64,000 nt of DNA from Fidelibacterota bacterium (GCA_021734045.1 JAIPJR010000001.1:5901-69900); one strand, 5' to 3'; shown: positions 38,430 to 48,110, numbered from the stretch's first letter. The notes: generated by a model from the letters alone, not told the origin. Made by a program: numbers and translations.

Positions 38430-39227
38430 GTGTCAGAAAAATCGATGACAAATATTGGTGTGGCCAATATTTATGAAGAGCCGGCATTCCGCTCACAGGT
38501 GGTTTCCCAATCCTATTTAGGGGAGTCGCTGCATGTATTGTCCATCGAAAAAGACTGGTTCCGGGTTCGCCAGGAAGATGGCTATGAAGGCTGGATCAAT
38601 GCGGGGCAAGCGGTGGAGAAACCCGCCGATTGGGATGATGTGGTGAAATTTACCACTGATGATCTGGTAACCACGATATACGACCAGCCGGATATGTATG
38701 CCGCGCCGCTGCGTGACATGATTTTGGGAACACAATTACCATTGCGCAGCCGTCGTGATGGGTGGGTGGAGATTTCACTGCCCGATGGGATTACCGGTTG
38801 GGTGGTGGATCATCCTTACCATTACCCATCAGAGCCAACAGTGGAACAACTCCTCTCCACTGCCATGCGGTTTCAAGGCATTCCCTATTTCTGGGGAGGT
38901 AAGACTCCCAAAGGTTTTGACTGTTCCGGATTTGTTCAGACCGTTTTTCGTCTCAATGGACAAGCTCTCCCCCGGGATGCATGGCAGCAGGCTGAGGTGG
39001 GCGAAACATTGCCGGCGAATTGGGAAACATGGCAGGCCGGCGACCTGATTTTTTTTAGCGAAAATGGTCAGCGCATCACCCATGTGGCGTTGAGTTTAGG
39101 GGCCGGTGATTATATCCATGCTTCCGGATATGTGAAGCTCAATTCCTTTAACTCAAATCATGGCGAGCTTTATCATCAGCCGTTGGTGGATAACTATGTG
39201 AAAACACAGCGGGTGATTGCAGTGTAG
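38430..39227 (+). CDS. NlpC/P60-family cell-wall peptidase with N-terminal SH3b-like domains
   Basis: C-terminal catalytic region (…GIPYFWGGKTPKGFDCSGFVQTVF…H…) with the Cys-His papain-like motif. GTG at 38430 has a strong RBS (AGGAGGG 4 nt upstream). An ATG at 38445 is also possible. Confidence 0.8.
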   Translation: MSEKSMTNIGVANIYEEPAFRSQVVSQSYLGESLHVLSIEKDWFRVRQEDGYEGWINAGQAVEKPADWDDVVKFTTDDLVTTIYDQPDMYAAPLRDMILGTQLPLRSRRDGWVEISLPDGITGWVVDHPYHYPSEPTVEQLLSTAMRFQGIPYFWGGKTPKGFDCSGFVQTVFRLNGQALPRDAWQQAEVGETLPANWETWQAGDLIFFSENGQRITHVALSLGAGDYIHASGYVKLNSFNSNHGELYHQPLVDNYVKTQRVIAV

Positions 39228-39314
39228 CAATGTTTCACCAGGAAGAGCCGAATTTTCGCGCAAGCATCAGACTGACTAATAGATTGTGTGATTGAAAGTG
39301 GAGTTTAGAACATC

Positions 39315-40328
39315 GTGGTAGATTCAGAAAAGAAGCCGGTACTTCTATCCGGCATCCAGCCCTCCGGTACATTGGCATTAGGCAATTACATTGGAGCCAT
39401 GCGGAATTGGGTGGCTTTGCAGGACAAGTATCAATCCATTTTTCTGGTAGTAGATCTGCACGCCATTACCGTTAGGCAAAAACCAGCGGAATTGCGCCAG
39501 CGGTGCCTTTCTTTCGCTGCCCAGTACCTGGCGGCAGGCATTGATCCGGAAAAAAGTATCGTTGTAATGCAGTCTCATGTCCCGGAACACAGCCAGTTGG
39601 CCTGGGTGCTGAATTGTTATACCTATATGGGTGAATTAAACCGCATGACTCAGTTCAAGGACAAGTCGGCACGGCACACGGATAATGTGAATGCCGGGCT
39701 TTACACCTACCCTGTGCTCATGGCCGCGGACATTCTCCTGTACCAATCCGACTTGGTGCCGGTGGGGGATGACCAGAAACAGCATCTGGAACTAACCCGG
39801 GATATCGCCGAACGTTTTAATCACAGATACAGCCCGACCTTTGTGGTGCCGGAACCCTTCATTCCCAAAGCAGGTGCCCGGATTATGAGTTTGCAGGAGC
39901 CAGAGAAAAAAATGTCAAAATCAGACGATAACACCAATAATTATATTGGCTTACTAGATACACCGGATATGATTGTAAAAAAGGTGAAGCGGGCAGTAAC
40001 TGACAGCCGGACCGATGTTACTTTTGACGCTAAGAACCGGCCGGGTGTGAGTAATCTGTTAAGCATTTACAGTGTTCTCACCGGAAAAGATATGGATGGC
40101 ACGGTGGATAGTTTTAGCGGCAAAGGTTATGCGGAGCTGAAAATGGCGGTAGCTGAGGTTGTGGTGGAGACACTGAAACCCTTTCAGAAGCGGTACAACG
40201 AGGTAATGGAAGATAAAGCGCATCTGGATACTGTTCTCAACCAGGGTGCAGAGCGGGCACGGCGCATTGCCCGCAAAACCCTGAGTAAAGTATATCGGAA
40301 AATTGGGTTCGTTCAGCCCGGTTTGTAA
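39315..40328 (+). CDS. trpS: Tryptophan--tRNA ligase
   Basis: Class I aaRS with HIGH-like (…[17 protein letters not shown]…) and KMSKS (KMSKSD) motifs. 337 aa. Confidence 0.9.
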   Translation: MVDSEKKPVLLSGIQPSGTLALGNYIGAMRNWVALQDKYQSIFLVVDLHAITVRQKPAELRQRCLSFAAQYLAAGIDPEKSIVVMQSHVPEHSQLAWVLNCYTYMGELNRMTQFKDKSARHTDNVNAGLYTYPVLMAADILLYQSDLVPVGDDQKQHLELTRDIAERFNHRYSPTFVVPEPFIPKAGARIMSLQEPEKKMSKSDDNTNNYIGLLDTPDMIVKKVKRAVTDSRTDVTFDAKNRPGVSNLLSIYSVLTGKDMDGTVDSFSGKGYAELKMAVAEVVVETLKPFQKRYNEVMEDKAHLDTVLNQGAERARRIARKTLSKVYRKIGFVQPGL

Positions 40329-40339
40329 ACGGCGAAACC

Positions 40340-41086
40340 ATGTCTGAATCAAAACTGCTGAATCGGAACTACACGGTGGACCTGCCCATTTTCGAGGGTC
40401 CGCTGGATTTATTACTCTTCCTGATAAAAAAAGACGAACTCAATATCTACGACATTCCCATTTCAAAAATCACCCAGGATTACTTAGCGTACCTTGAGAT
40501 TATAAAGGAGTTGCGCCTTTCCACTGCTGGTGATTTTGTCCTTATGGCTGCCACGCTCATGAAAATCAAAGCCCGTATGCTTCTGCCTGTGCCGGAAGCG
40601 GAGGGTGAGGAGGCGGAGGATCCCCGTAGTGAACTGGTGAATATGCTGCTGGAATATAAACGCTTCAAAGAGGCTGCCGACCATTTTGCTGACCGGGAGC
40701 ATACACAAAACCGGATGTACTACCGGGTCCCATCAACCTCAGAAGGAGAGTTTGAAGTTGGTGCGGAAGATTTGCTGGCGGATGTGAAATTATATGACAT
40801 TATGCTCACTTTTCAGTATCTGTTGCAGAACTATGAGGAACCCCTGAGTCATGAAGTAGCCATGGAAGCGGTTTCTACCTCGGAGCAGGGTGCCTACCTG
40901 AAAATATTACTCAATCAATCAGAAGAGGTCTGGTTCACAGAGATTATGAAGGACCTGGGGTCGCGATTGGTTATCATCGTCACCTTTTTGGCCATACTGG
41001 AACTCATTCGCAGCAGGGAAATTATCATGGAGCAGAACGACCTTTTCAGTGATTTACGCATACGGCGAGGAGAACGCTTTGGATAA
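40340..41086 (+). CDS. scpA: Segregation and condensation protein A
   Basis: ScpA family N-terminus (…VDLPIFEGPLDLLLFLIKKDELNIYDIPISKITQDYLAYL…). 248 aa. Confidence 0.8.
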   Translation: MSESKLLNRNYTVDLPIFEGPLDLLLFLIKKDELNIYDIPISKITQDYLAYLEIIKELRLSTAGDFVLMAATLMKIKARMLLPVPEAEGEEAEDPRSELVNMLLEYKRFKEAADHFADREHTQNRMYYRVPSTSEGEFEVGAEDLLADVKLYDIMLTFQYLLQNYEEPLSHEVAMEAVSTSEQGAYLKILLNQSEEVWFTEIMKDLGSRLVIIVTFLAILELIRSREIIMEQNDLFSDLRIRRGERFG

Positions 41087-41630
41087 GTCTGAATTAATAC
41101 AAATTACAGAAGCGCTGTTAATTGCCACACCAGAACCGTTGACTGAAGCGCGGTTTGCCCAATGTTTCGATTCTACACCGGACATGTCATTAAACGAAAT
41201 TATCGAGTCCTTAAGTGCTTTCTACAAAGAGACCGACCGGGCATTTCAGATTTTCAAAGTCGCTAATGGTTATCAGCTGGTTACACGGAAAGAATTCGAA
41301 CCGTTTGTGAAGCGGCTCTACACTCGATCCGCCCGGCTGCGTCTCTCGCAGGCAGCGCTGGAGACACTGGCCATCATCACCTACCGCCAACCCATCAGCC
41401 GGGTAGAAATTGAAGCGATCCGGGGGGTGAGTTCCGATTCCCCGTTGCGCACGCTTTTAGAGCGACGACTGATAGAGATTCGCGGCCGCGATGAGGGTCC
41501 GGGCCGGGCGCTGCTGTATCGAACGACCACGGAATTTCTCCAGTACTTTGGCCTGAACTCCCTGCAGGATCTGCCCAAGCTGCGGGAAGCGCAGGAATTA
41601 ATTCAGGACGAAGATGAGAGTCTGGTTTAG
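41049..41630 (+). CDS. scpB: Segregation and condensation protein B
   Basis: ScpB winged-helix repeats (…IEAIRGVSSDSPLRTLLERRLIE…). Its start overlaps scpA. The true start may be the in-frame TTG a few codons downstream (MDKSELIQITEALL). Confidence 0.75.
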   Translation: MIYAYGEENALDKSELIQITEALLIATPEPLTEARFAQCFDSTPDMSLNEIIESLSAFYKETDRAFQIFKVANGYQLVTRKEFEPFVKRLYTRSARLRLSQAALETLAIITYRQPISRVEIEAIRGVSSDSPLRTLLERRLIEIRGRDEGPGRALLYRTTTEFLQYFGLNSLQDLPKLREAQELIQDEDESLV

Positions 41631-41659
41631 TTTCGCCACGCTGAATTATTCCCTAATCC

Positions 41660-42415
41660 ATGTCTGAGTCAGCCAATTCCGGAGACGCCAAAGCGGGAAT
41701 TCGATTGAATCGTTTCCTTGCCATGGCCGGTATCGGGTCGCGACGGGTTTGTGATGAGTTGATTCAAAAGGGCATGGTTCAAGTTAATGGCGTGATACAG
41801 GTTGAGCCGGCAACGCGTGTCGTGGAAGGGCGGGATCAGGTTGAATTTCAAGGCCGTCCGGTGAATTTGGTTCATGAAACTCATTATTACATCTTTAATA
41901 AGCCACGGGGCGTAATTACCACCACAAGTGATCCCTTTGGCCGGCCCATTGTGGTGGATTTTTTGCCCGGTGATGCACGCATTTACCCGGTGGGACGATT
42001 GGATTTCGACACCACCGGCGCTTTATTGCTCACCAATGATGGGGACGTGGCATATCGGCTCACCCATCCCAAATTTCAGATACCAAAAGTTTACCAGGTT
42101 TTGGTTCGCGGAAACCCGCCGGAAGCGACCCTGCGCCGGGTGGAGGCTGGCATAGAAATTGAAGCCGGGTTTGTTGCCAGAGGTGAAATTAACGGATTTT
42201 GGTACCGGGGTGGCAACACCGAGGTCCGGTTGACGCTACGGGAAGGAAAAAAGCGCGAAGTGAAACGCATCTTTCGTACTCTGGGACATCCGGTTGTGCG
42301 CTTACACAGAGAATCCTTTGCCGCGTTGACGGTGACCGGATTAAAACCCGGTGAATGGCGTGAATTGACGCCAGAGGAAGTACGCGAACTCAAGGAGCTG
42401 GTTCATGGACATTAA
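41660..42415 (+). CDS. rluB: 23S rRNA pseudouridine synthase (RluB/RsuA family) with N-terminal S4 domain
   Basis: S4 RNA-binding region (…LNRFLAMAGIGSRRVCDELIQKGMVQVNG…) and catalytic motif (…YPVGRLDFDTTGALLLTNDG…). Confidence 0.8.
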   Translation: MSESANSGDAKAGIRLNRFLAMAGIGSRRVCDELIQKGMVQVNGVIQVEPATRVVEGRDQVEFQGRPVNLVHETHYYIFNKPRGVITTTSDPFGRPIVVDFLPGDARIYPVGRLDFDTTGALLLTNDGDVAYRLTHPKFQIPKVYQVLVRGNPPEATLRRVEAGIEIEAGFVARGEINGFWYRGGNTEVRLTLREGKKREVKRIFRTLGHPVVRLHRESFAALTVTGLKPGEWRELTPEEVRELKELVHGH

Positions 42416-44114
42416 GGGTAAACGGGTGATGATTTTTGGTGGCTGGGGTTTGGTTGGCCGGGCGGTGGCAAAGCAGGTTTTGCGTGAACAACCAACGGAA
42501 TTAATTCTTACTTCACTCCGGGAAAATGAAGCCCGGGAGATTCAGGAAATCCTGGCAAATCATCCGGTAAACCGGGGGACGCGCATCTCCGTTGTGCATG
42601 GTGATTTATTCGTGCGTAAAGAATTGTCACTGAAATCAAAGGGTGAAATCTACGAAACCGACGATTTGCTCCAGACCATGATCCAGGACCTTTACGATGA
42701 TTTGAGTCCGGATATTATCGAAAATTCCAACCTCTACCAGGTTTTGAATCAGTACAAACCTCAGATACTCATAGATTGTATTAATACCGCTACGGCATTT
42801 GCCTATCAAAATGTTTTTCAGGTCGTGGCGGAAGTACGAGCGGATCTGGCGAAAGCACGGTCGGGAGAGACCGTTAGCGATGATTTTACAAAGAAGGTAG
42901 AGCGACTGGTTTCTACCCTTTACATCCCTCAACTCATCCGGCACGTCCAGATACTGATTGAAGCCATGCGTCAGGCGGAAACAGAATTTTACCTGAAGGT
43001 TGGAACTTCGGGAACCGGCGGTATGGGCTTTAATATTCCCTACACCCACTCGGAGGAAAAGCCTTCTAAAATGCTCATGAGCAAATCGTCTTTGGCTGGT
43101 GCCCATACCATGCTGCTCTGGTTATTGGGGCGGACGCCGCATACACCGATTGTAAAGGAAATCAAACCTACCGCCGCCATCGCATGGAAAAAAATCGGGT
43201 ATGGCAAAGTTGTGAAGCGGGGGCAATTCATTCCAATGTACGATTGTCTGCCTGATTTGGAAACCACGCTGGGGCATGAATTGGTTCGGAATCCTGCACC
43301 TACCTGGCAGCGATTGGAGGAACGTTTTATCGAGTCGGTTTACATTGACGCCGGTGAAAACGGGTATTTCTCCGCTGGTGAGTTTTCAGTCCTTACCGCC
43401 GAAGGTCAGATGGAATTTGTCACACCTGAAGAGATTGCCGATAAGGTATTGATTGAGATTAAAGGCGGTAATACGGGCAATGACATTATCGGCTCGTTGG
43501 ATTCGTCGGTACTGGAACCCTCTTATCGTGCGGGATTAATCCGGAAAAATGCCATCGAACGCATGGGTGATTTGCAGCAGGAAACCGGTTCAGACAGCGT
43601 GGCATTTGAACTCCTGGGACCACCCAGGTTGACCAAACTACTGTATGAAATTTACATGCTGAAGCGGTTGCACGGGGCTGTGAATGCGGTACTGGATACA
43701 CCGGCGTCTGATCTGGCAGCTGCAATGGAAGAGTTAATTCTTTCCGACGATGAATTGCGTGCCACTATTATCTCGGTTGGAACGCCGATTTTGCTGAGTG
43801 ATGGAAAAACCTACCTGCGGGGACCCTCCATTTCGGTGCCGGTTTTCGAAGGGCAGCCGGTTTTGCCGGTAACACCGGAGAATATCGAAAAATGGACCTC
43901 CCAGGGCTGGCTGGATTTACGCGTGTCCAACATGGAATATTGGCAAAAACGCCTCCATTGCCTGTTGGATGATCAGGAATTGGAGCCGGAGGACGATTAT
44001 TCGTCCTACTACTATCGTAACCGACGATTTTTGGATGCGAAAGAGCGCATGGACATTGGTGCAATTGTGAATTGGATCATGGAGTATGAGGATAAAGGTT
44101 ATCGCATTAAATAG
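42405..44114 (+). CDS. Uncharacterised 569-aa protein with N-terminal NAD(P)-binding Rossmann-like motif
   Basis: The N-terminus KRVMIFGGWGLVGRAVAKQV resembles a GxGxxG dinucleotide-binding fold. The remainder (…VGTSGTGGMGFNIPYTHSEEKP… and a long C-terminal region) carries no motif I can confidently assign. Overlaps the rluB stop by 11 nt. Confidence 0.5.
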   Translation: MDIKGKRVMIFGGWGLVGRAVAKQVLREQPTELILTSLRENEAREIQEILANHPVNRGTRISVVHGDLFVRKELSLKSKGEIYETDDLLQTMIQDLYDDLSPDIIENSNLYQVLNQYKPQILIDCINTATAFAYQNVFQVVAEVRADLAKARSGETVSDDFTKKVERLVSTLYIPQLIRHVQILIEAMRQAETEFYLKVGTSGTGGMGFNIPYTHSEEKPSKMLMSKSSLAGAHTMLLWLLGRTPHTPIVKEIKPTAAIAWKKIGYGKVVKRGQFIPMYDCLPDLETTLGHELVRNPAPTWQRLEERFIESVYIDAGENGYFSAGEFSVLTAEGQMEFVTPEEIADKVLIEIKGGNTGNDIIGSLDSSVLEPSYRAGLIRKNAIERMGDLQQETGSDSVAFELLGPPRLTKLLYEIYMLKRLHGAVNAVLDTPASDLAAAMEELILSDDELRATIISVGTPILLSDGKTYLRGPSISVPVFEGQPVLPVTPENIEKWTSQGWLDLRVSNMEYWQKRLHCLLDDQELEPEDDYSSYYYRNRRFLDAKERMDIGAIVNWIMEYEDKGYRIK

Positions 44115-44143
44115 CGGATAATCCATAGAATTTCTCTGATGTA

Positions 44144-44311
44144 ATGGCATTATACGGTCGCAATTATTTTGGTCTCTGGCTCATCATGGGGATGATGATT
44201 GGTTTTTTTGTGGGCACCGGTTTTCAGTCGCCGGAAGTGGGGGTGGTTGCCGGGGGCGGCTTGGGACTACTCTACGCATGGCTGAAGAGCCGAAAGCATT
44301 CGGGTGAATAA
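44144..44311 (+). CDS. Small (55 aa) hydrophobic protein, uncharacterised (below the ORF-track cut-off)
   Basis: ATG at 44144 encodes MALYGRNYFGLWLIMGMMIGFFVGTGFQSPEVGVVAGGGLGLLYAWLKSRKHSGE with one or two TM helices, in the intergenic region after the 569-aa gene. Coding status uncertain. Confidence 0.3.
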   Translation: MALYGRNYFGLWLIMGMMIGFFVGTGFQSPEVGVVAGGGLGLLYAWLKSRKHSGE

Positions 44312-44384
44312 ATCCCTACCAAGCCCATCCCGGCGTATTACTTTCCCCTGAACATCATCAACATACAGGGTGTGGAGGAGATAA

Positions 44385-44603
44385 ATGGCTCGATTATTAA
44401 CAACGAGAAATGCCTTGTGGATTACATTGGCAACGGGTGTAGGTGCTGTACTGCAATTCTATGCGCTCCTGCGCTATGTGGACCGTCTCCCCGGTGATAC
44501 GGTTGGCATCATTATTTATGCAATCACCTGTCTTTGTTTTCTCATTCTGGCGGGTGTTTGTTTTCGGATTTGGCGACGGTTGGCGACTGAAAACAACGCG
44601 TGA
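44385..44603 (+). CDS. Small (72 aa) two-TM protein, uncharacterised
   Basis: MARLLTTRNALWITLATGVGAVLQFYALL…IIIYAITCLCFLILAGVCF… carries two hydrophobic helices. No homology assignable by eye. Confidence 0.3.
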   Translation: MARLLTTRNALWITLATGVGAVLQFYALLRYVDRLPGDTVGIIIYAITCLCFLILAGVCFRIWRRLATENNA

Positions 44604-44740
44604 TAAATCCTGCATGCCCCGGCTTCAGAATATTGCTTTCGAAAAAGTTGGATTCACACAGACCGGCGACTATATTTGGCCGCTTTTATGAGAGCAGTTA
44701 GAGAATATAAGCGCAATAGAATTAATGGTTTTTTGAAAGC

Positions 44741-47700
44741 ATGATTATCGCCATTGATGGTCCGGCGGCATCCGGAAAATCCAGTACTGCAGCGCGTGTT
44801 GCGGCGAAATTGGGGTTCCGGCATATTGATACCGGTGCCATGTACCGGGCTGTGACCTTGTACATGTTGGATCATGGTGTAGATATTTCGGACACAGAAT
44901 CCGTTCTGAACGTACTGCCGGATGTGGATGTGTCGCTTGAATTTAAAGGTGATAATCAACATGTGATTCTAGCGGGTGTGGATGTGAGTGATCGCATCCG
45001 AACGCCGGCTGTGAATGAGCATGTGAGCCAGGTTAGCGCAATACCGGCCGTACGCCAGCGTCTCGTAGAACTCCAGCGCCAAGCTGCCAATGACTACGAT
45101 GTGGTATTGGAAGGACGCGACATCGGAACAGTCGTATTTCCCAATGCCGAATTGAAAATTTTTATGATTGCCGATGTCCATGTCCGGGCACAACGGCGCC
45201 AGCAGGAGTTGGCGAGCCTGGGCATTCAGCAAGACCTGGCTGAATTGGAAAAAGATCTGATAGCGCGTGACAAAATCGATTCATCGCGAGAATTGTCACC
45301 ATTGAAACCCGCTACTGATGCAGTCGAGCTGGATACATCCAAGCTTACCATCGACCAGCAGGTAGCATTCATCGTTAACCAAGCCAAGCAACTGATTGCA
45401 GAGGAGGAAAGACCCTTCATGGCAGAAGAAGAAAAAAAGGATGCACCGCAGACTGAAGACCAGTCCCAGGAGACATCCGAAACCACCTCAGACGCCGTCG
45501 AGATGACGCCCGCCGAGGAAACCCAGGACAAAAAAGAAGAGACCATCGCGTCTGAACCTGAACCCGAAACCAAAACCGAGACCGAAGCTGAATCCAAAAC
45601 TGAAGCCGAAGCCGAAGCCGAAGCCGAAGCCGAAGCCGCAGAAACTGACGCTAACACCGCATCTGCTAAAGATGAGGGTGACGAAGTCAGTTCTGAGGTA
45701 GCACAAAAAACTGATGCTGAAATGACGCCTGAACAAGCCCCGGATACAGAAGCACCGGTCGAGGAAAGTGCGGAATCATCTGACAAAGATGAACCGGCCA
45801 AAAGCACTCGGAAAACCGTCAAGGTGAAAGCCAAAACTTCTGGTGAGCCACCGGTTCAACCGGTTGTTGATGCGGAAGAAGCTGAAAAAGCTTCGAAAAA
45901 GATTGCCGGACTGGATAAACGGTCCGCCATGAATGACATCTTCAACCAGATCAAGACAGTGAAGCCGGATCAGCTTGCTGAAACCATTGCTGAAGAATCC
46001 GAGGAAGTGAAAGACCTTTCCTTCCTGCTGGATCGTACTATCGCAGACATTACGCCGCGTACCCTGGTGGAAGGGCGTGTCATTTCTGTGGGCGATCGTG
46101 AAGTACTGGTGGACATCGGTTTCAAATCCGAAGGGCTGGTTTCCCGGGATGAATTCAAGGATGACGAATTGCCCAAGGTGGGTGATAAAATCGAATTATT
46201 CCTGGATACACTGGAAGATGATCAGGGTCAGACAATTCTGTCCAAACGCAAAGCAGATTTCATGCGTGTCTGGACCGCGATAAAAGATGTTTCCGACAAT
46301 GACGACCTCATCAATGGCACCATTACTCGCCGGATTAAAGGTGGTATGGTGGTGAATGTGATGGGTATTGATGCCTTCCTGCCCGGATCGCAACTGGATG
46401 TGCGCCCCATCCATGATTTTGACGCATATATCGGAAAGTCCTACGACTTCAAGATCGTCAAACTCAATGAAACCCGGAAGAATATCGTACTCTCACGGAA
46501 AGACCTGCTGGAGGAAAAACTCCAGAAACAGCGGGCTGAACTGTTGAAGAATATCGAGATTGGCCAGGTACTGGAAGGCCGGGTAAAAAATATCACCGAT
46601 TTTGGCGTATTCGTCGACTTGGGTGGTGTTGATGGTCTGTTGCATATCACCGATTTGTCCTGGGGACGGGTTAACCATCCCTCTGAAGTTGTGGATATGG
46701 ACGATGAAATTACCGTAAAGGTGATTGATTACGATGAAGAAAAACAGCGTGTCTCGCTGGGATTCAAACAGTTACAGCCACACCCGTGGGAACATGTGGA
46801 ACAGAAATATCCTGTGGGTTCTGCTGTTAAAGGCAAAGTGGTCAGCATCACCAATTACGGTATTTTTGTGGAATTGGAAGAGGGTGTTGAAGGTCTGGTA
46901 CATATCTCAGAAATTTCCTGGACCCAACACATCAAGCATCCATCGGAAATTTATTCGGTTGGTGACGAAATTGAGACCGTCGTGCTTTCAATCGCACCGG
47001 ATGATCGTAAAATCAGCCTGGGCGTGAAGCAACTGAAACCGGATCCCTGGACCCTGATTGAGGATACCTACATCGTGGGTACACTCCACACAGGTACGGT
47101 TAAGAACCTGACCCAGTTCGGCGCATTTGTTGAATTGGAAGAGGGTATCGAAGGCCTGATCCACATCTCAGATCTCTCATGGACGCGCAAAGTCCGTCAT
47201 CCGAAAGAGGTACTGAAACGCGGAGACGAAGTGGAAGTCCGCATTCTCGACATTGCTCAGGACCAGCGGAAAATCTCGCTTGGGCTCAAGCAGGCCGAGG
47301 AGGATCCATGGCCGCAGATTGAACAGGAATTTGCCGTGAACAGCACCCGTAAGGGTAAAGTCATCAAATTGCTGGACAAAGGCATCATCCTGGAGCTGGA
47401 AGGGACCGATGTTGAAGGTCTGATTCCCCTGGCTGCGTTCAACAAGAAAGACCGGAAGACGATTCTGGATAAGTTCGAGGTAGATCAGGAAGTAGAAGTC
47501 AAGGTGATCGAGATTGATCCCAATGACAAGAAAATCCTGGTCAGCCATGAAGCCGCCATCAAAGATAAAGAACGGGCGGTTGTGGACGAATATCTGCGCG
47601 GTCAGAAGCAGGACGGCAATAAGCTTGACATTCCCGATGAAATCGTGGCCAAAATCAAGGAAGCTGCCGAGGAAGAAACCGAGAAAAAGGTTGCTGCTGC

Positions 47701-48055
47701 TGCCAAGCGGAAAGCCGCTAAAGCAAAAGAAGAAGAAAAAGCACAGAAAAAAGCGGATGCGGAAGATGCTGCGGAATCAGAAGCTGAAGAGAAGCCTGCA
47801 TCCAAAACCAAAACCAAATCCAAATCCAAATCGAAATCGAAAGCAAAATCCGAAGATACGGAAGATGCTGCCGATGCCGATGCCGATGCCGATGAGGATG
47901 CTATTGAAACGGAAGCCACTGGAGAGAAAGAGCAATCTGACTCTGATGTGGAAAACGATGAAAAACCAGCGGACGAATCCGAATCTCCTGATGACGATTC
48001 AACAAAACCCGCTGATGATGCGAACGATGAGGAAGAATCCAAAGACGATAAGTAA
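44741..48055 (+). CDS. Cytidylate kinase - 30S ribosomal protein S1 fusion (Cmk-RpsA), with long low-complexity acidic linker and K/A/E/D-rich C-terminal tail
   Basis: N-terminus MIIAIDGPAASGKSSTAARVA…RDIGTVVFP is Cmk. About 180 aa of E/T/A/S/D-rich linker follow, including an (EA)n run. Then come six S1 repeats (…GRVISVGDREVLVDIGFKSEGLV…, …GQVLEGRVKNITDFGVFVDLGG…, …GSAVKGKVVSITNYGIFVELEEG…, …GTLHTGTVKNLTQFGAFVELEEG…, …RKGKVIKLLDKGIILELEG…). The sequence ends in KTKTKSKSKSKSKAKS and DADADADE runs. Confidence 0.85.
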   Translation: MIIAIDGPAASGKSSTAARVAAKLGFRHIDTGAMYRAVTLYMLDHGVDISDTESVLNVLPDVDVSLEFKGDNQHVILAGVDVSDRIRTPAVNEHVSQVSAIPAVRQRLVELQRQAANDYDVVLEGRDIGTVVFPNAELKIFMIADVHVRAQRRQQELASLGIQQDLAELEKDLIARDKIDSSRELSPLKPATDAVELDTSKLTIDQQVAFIVNQAKQLIAEEERPFMAEEEKKDAPQTEDQSQETSETTSDAVEMTPAEETQDKKEETIASEPEPETKTETEAESKTEAEAEAEAEAEAAETDANTASAKDEGDEVSSEVAQKTDAEMTPEQAPDTEAPVEESAESSDKDEPAKSTRKTVKVKAKTSGEPPVQPVVDAEEAEKASKKIAGLDKRSAMNDIFNQIKTVKPDQLAETIAEESEEVKDLSFLLDRTIADITPRTLVEGRVISVGDREVLVDIGFKSEGLVSRDEFKDDELPKVGDKIELFLDTLEDDQGQTILSKRKADFMRVWTAIKDVSDNDDLINGTITRRIKGGMVVNVMGIDAFLPGSQLDVRPIHDFDAYIGKSYDFKIVKLNETRKNIVLSRKDLLEEKLQKQRAELLKNIEIGQVLEGRVKNITDFGVFVDLGGVDGLLHITDLSWGRVNHPSEVVDMDDEITVKVIDYDEEKQRVSLGFKQLQPHPWEHVEQKYPVGSAVKGKVVSITNYGIFVELEEGVEGLVHISEISWTQHIKHPSEIYSVGDEIETVVLSIAPDDRKISLGVKQLKPDPWTLIEDTYIVGTLHTGTVKNLTQFGAFVELEEGIEGLIHISDLSWTRKVRHPKEVLKRGDEVEVRILDIAQDQRKISLGLKQAEEDPWPQIEQEFAVNSTRKGKVIKLLDKGIILELEGTDVEGLIPLAAFNKKDRKTILDKFEVDQEVEVKVIEIDPNDKKILVSHEAAIKDKERAVVDEYLRGQKQDGNKLDIPDEIVAKIKEAAEEETEKKVAAAAKRKAAKAKEEEKAQKKADAEDAAESEAEEKPASKTKTKSKSKSKSKAKSEDTEDAADADADADEDAIETEATGEKEQSDSDVENDEKPADESESPDDDSTKPADDANDEEESKDDK
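45602..45637 (+). repeat. (GAAGCC)5 hexanucleotide microsatellite inside cmk-rpsA (encodes EAEAEAEAEA)
   Basis: Five perfect tandem GAAGCC units, flanked by degenerate copies (gaagct, gaatcc, aaaact). Confidence 0.8.
47804..47902 (+). repeat. Tandem hexanucleotide repeats (AAAWCS)8 and (GATGCC)3-5 near the 3' end of cmk-rpsA
   Basis: aaaacc aaaacc aaatcc aaatcc aaatcg aaatcg aaagca aaatcc (47804-47851) encodes KTKTKSKSKSKSKAKS. gatgcc x3 with flanking gatgct and gatgag (47864-47902) encodes DADADADEDA. Confidence 0.8.
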
Positions 48056-48079
48056 CGGATTTTTCCTGTTTATATCTGA

Positions 48080-48110
48080 AAAGCCCTGTTTCGACAGGGC
48101 TTTTCTTTAT
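48080..48110 (+). terminator. Rho-independent terminator after cmk-rpsA
   Basis: Hairpin aaagccctgt-ttcg-acagggcttt followed by TCTTTATT. Located 25 nt after the stop codon. Confidence 0.7.

Noticed and set aside
39228-39314. T-box or attenuator leader upstream of trpS
   Set aside because: The leader is under 90 nt and has no specifier-loop or T-box consensus (AATTAGGGTGGNACCGCG-like) sequence.
45226-45834. 202-aa minus-strand ORF rich in SASASASA, together with the 82-aa ORF at 45488-45736 rich in GFGFGFGF
   Set aside because: These are shadow ORFs on the antisense strand of the (GAAGCC)n / E-A-T-rich linker of cmk-rpsA. Their low-complexity translations are a direct consequence of the sense-strand repeat, and the sense gene has strong S1/Cmk homology.
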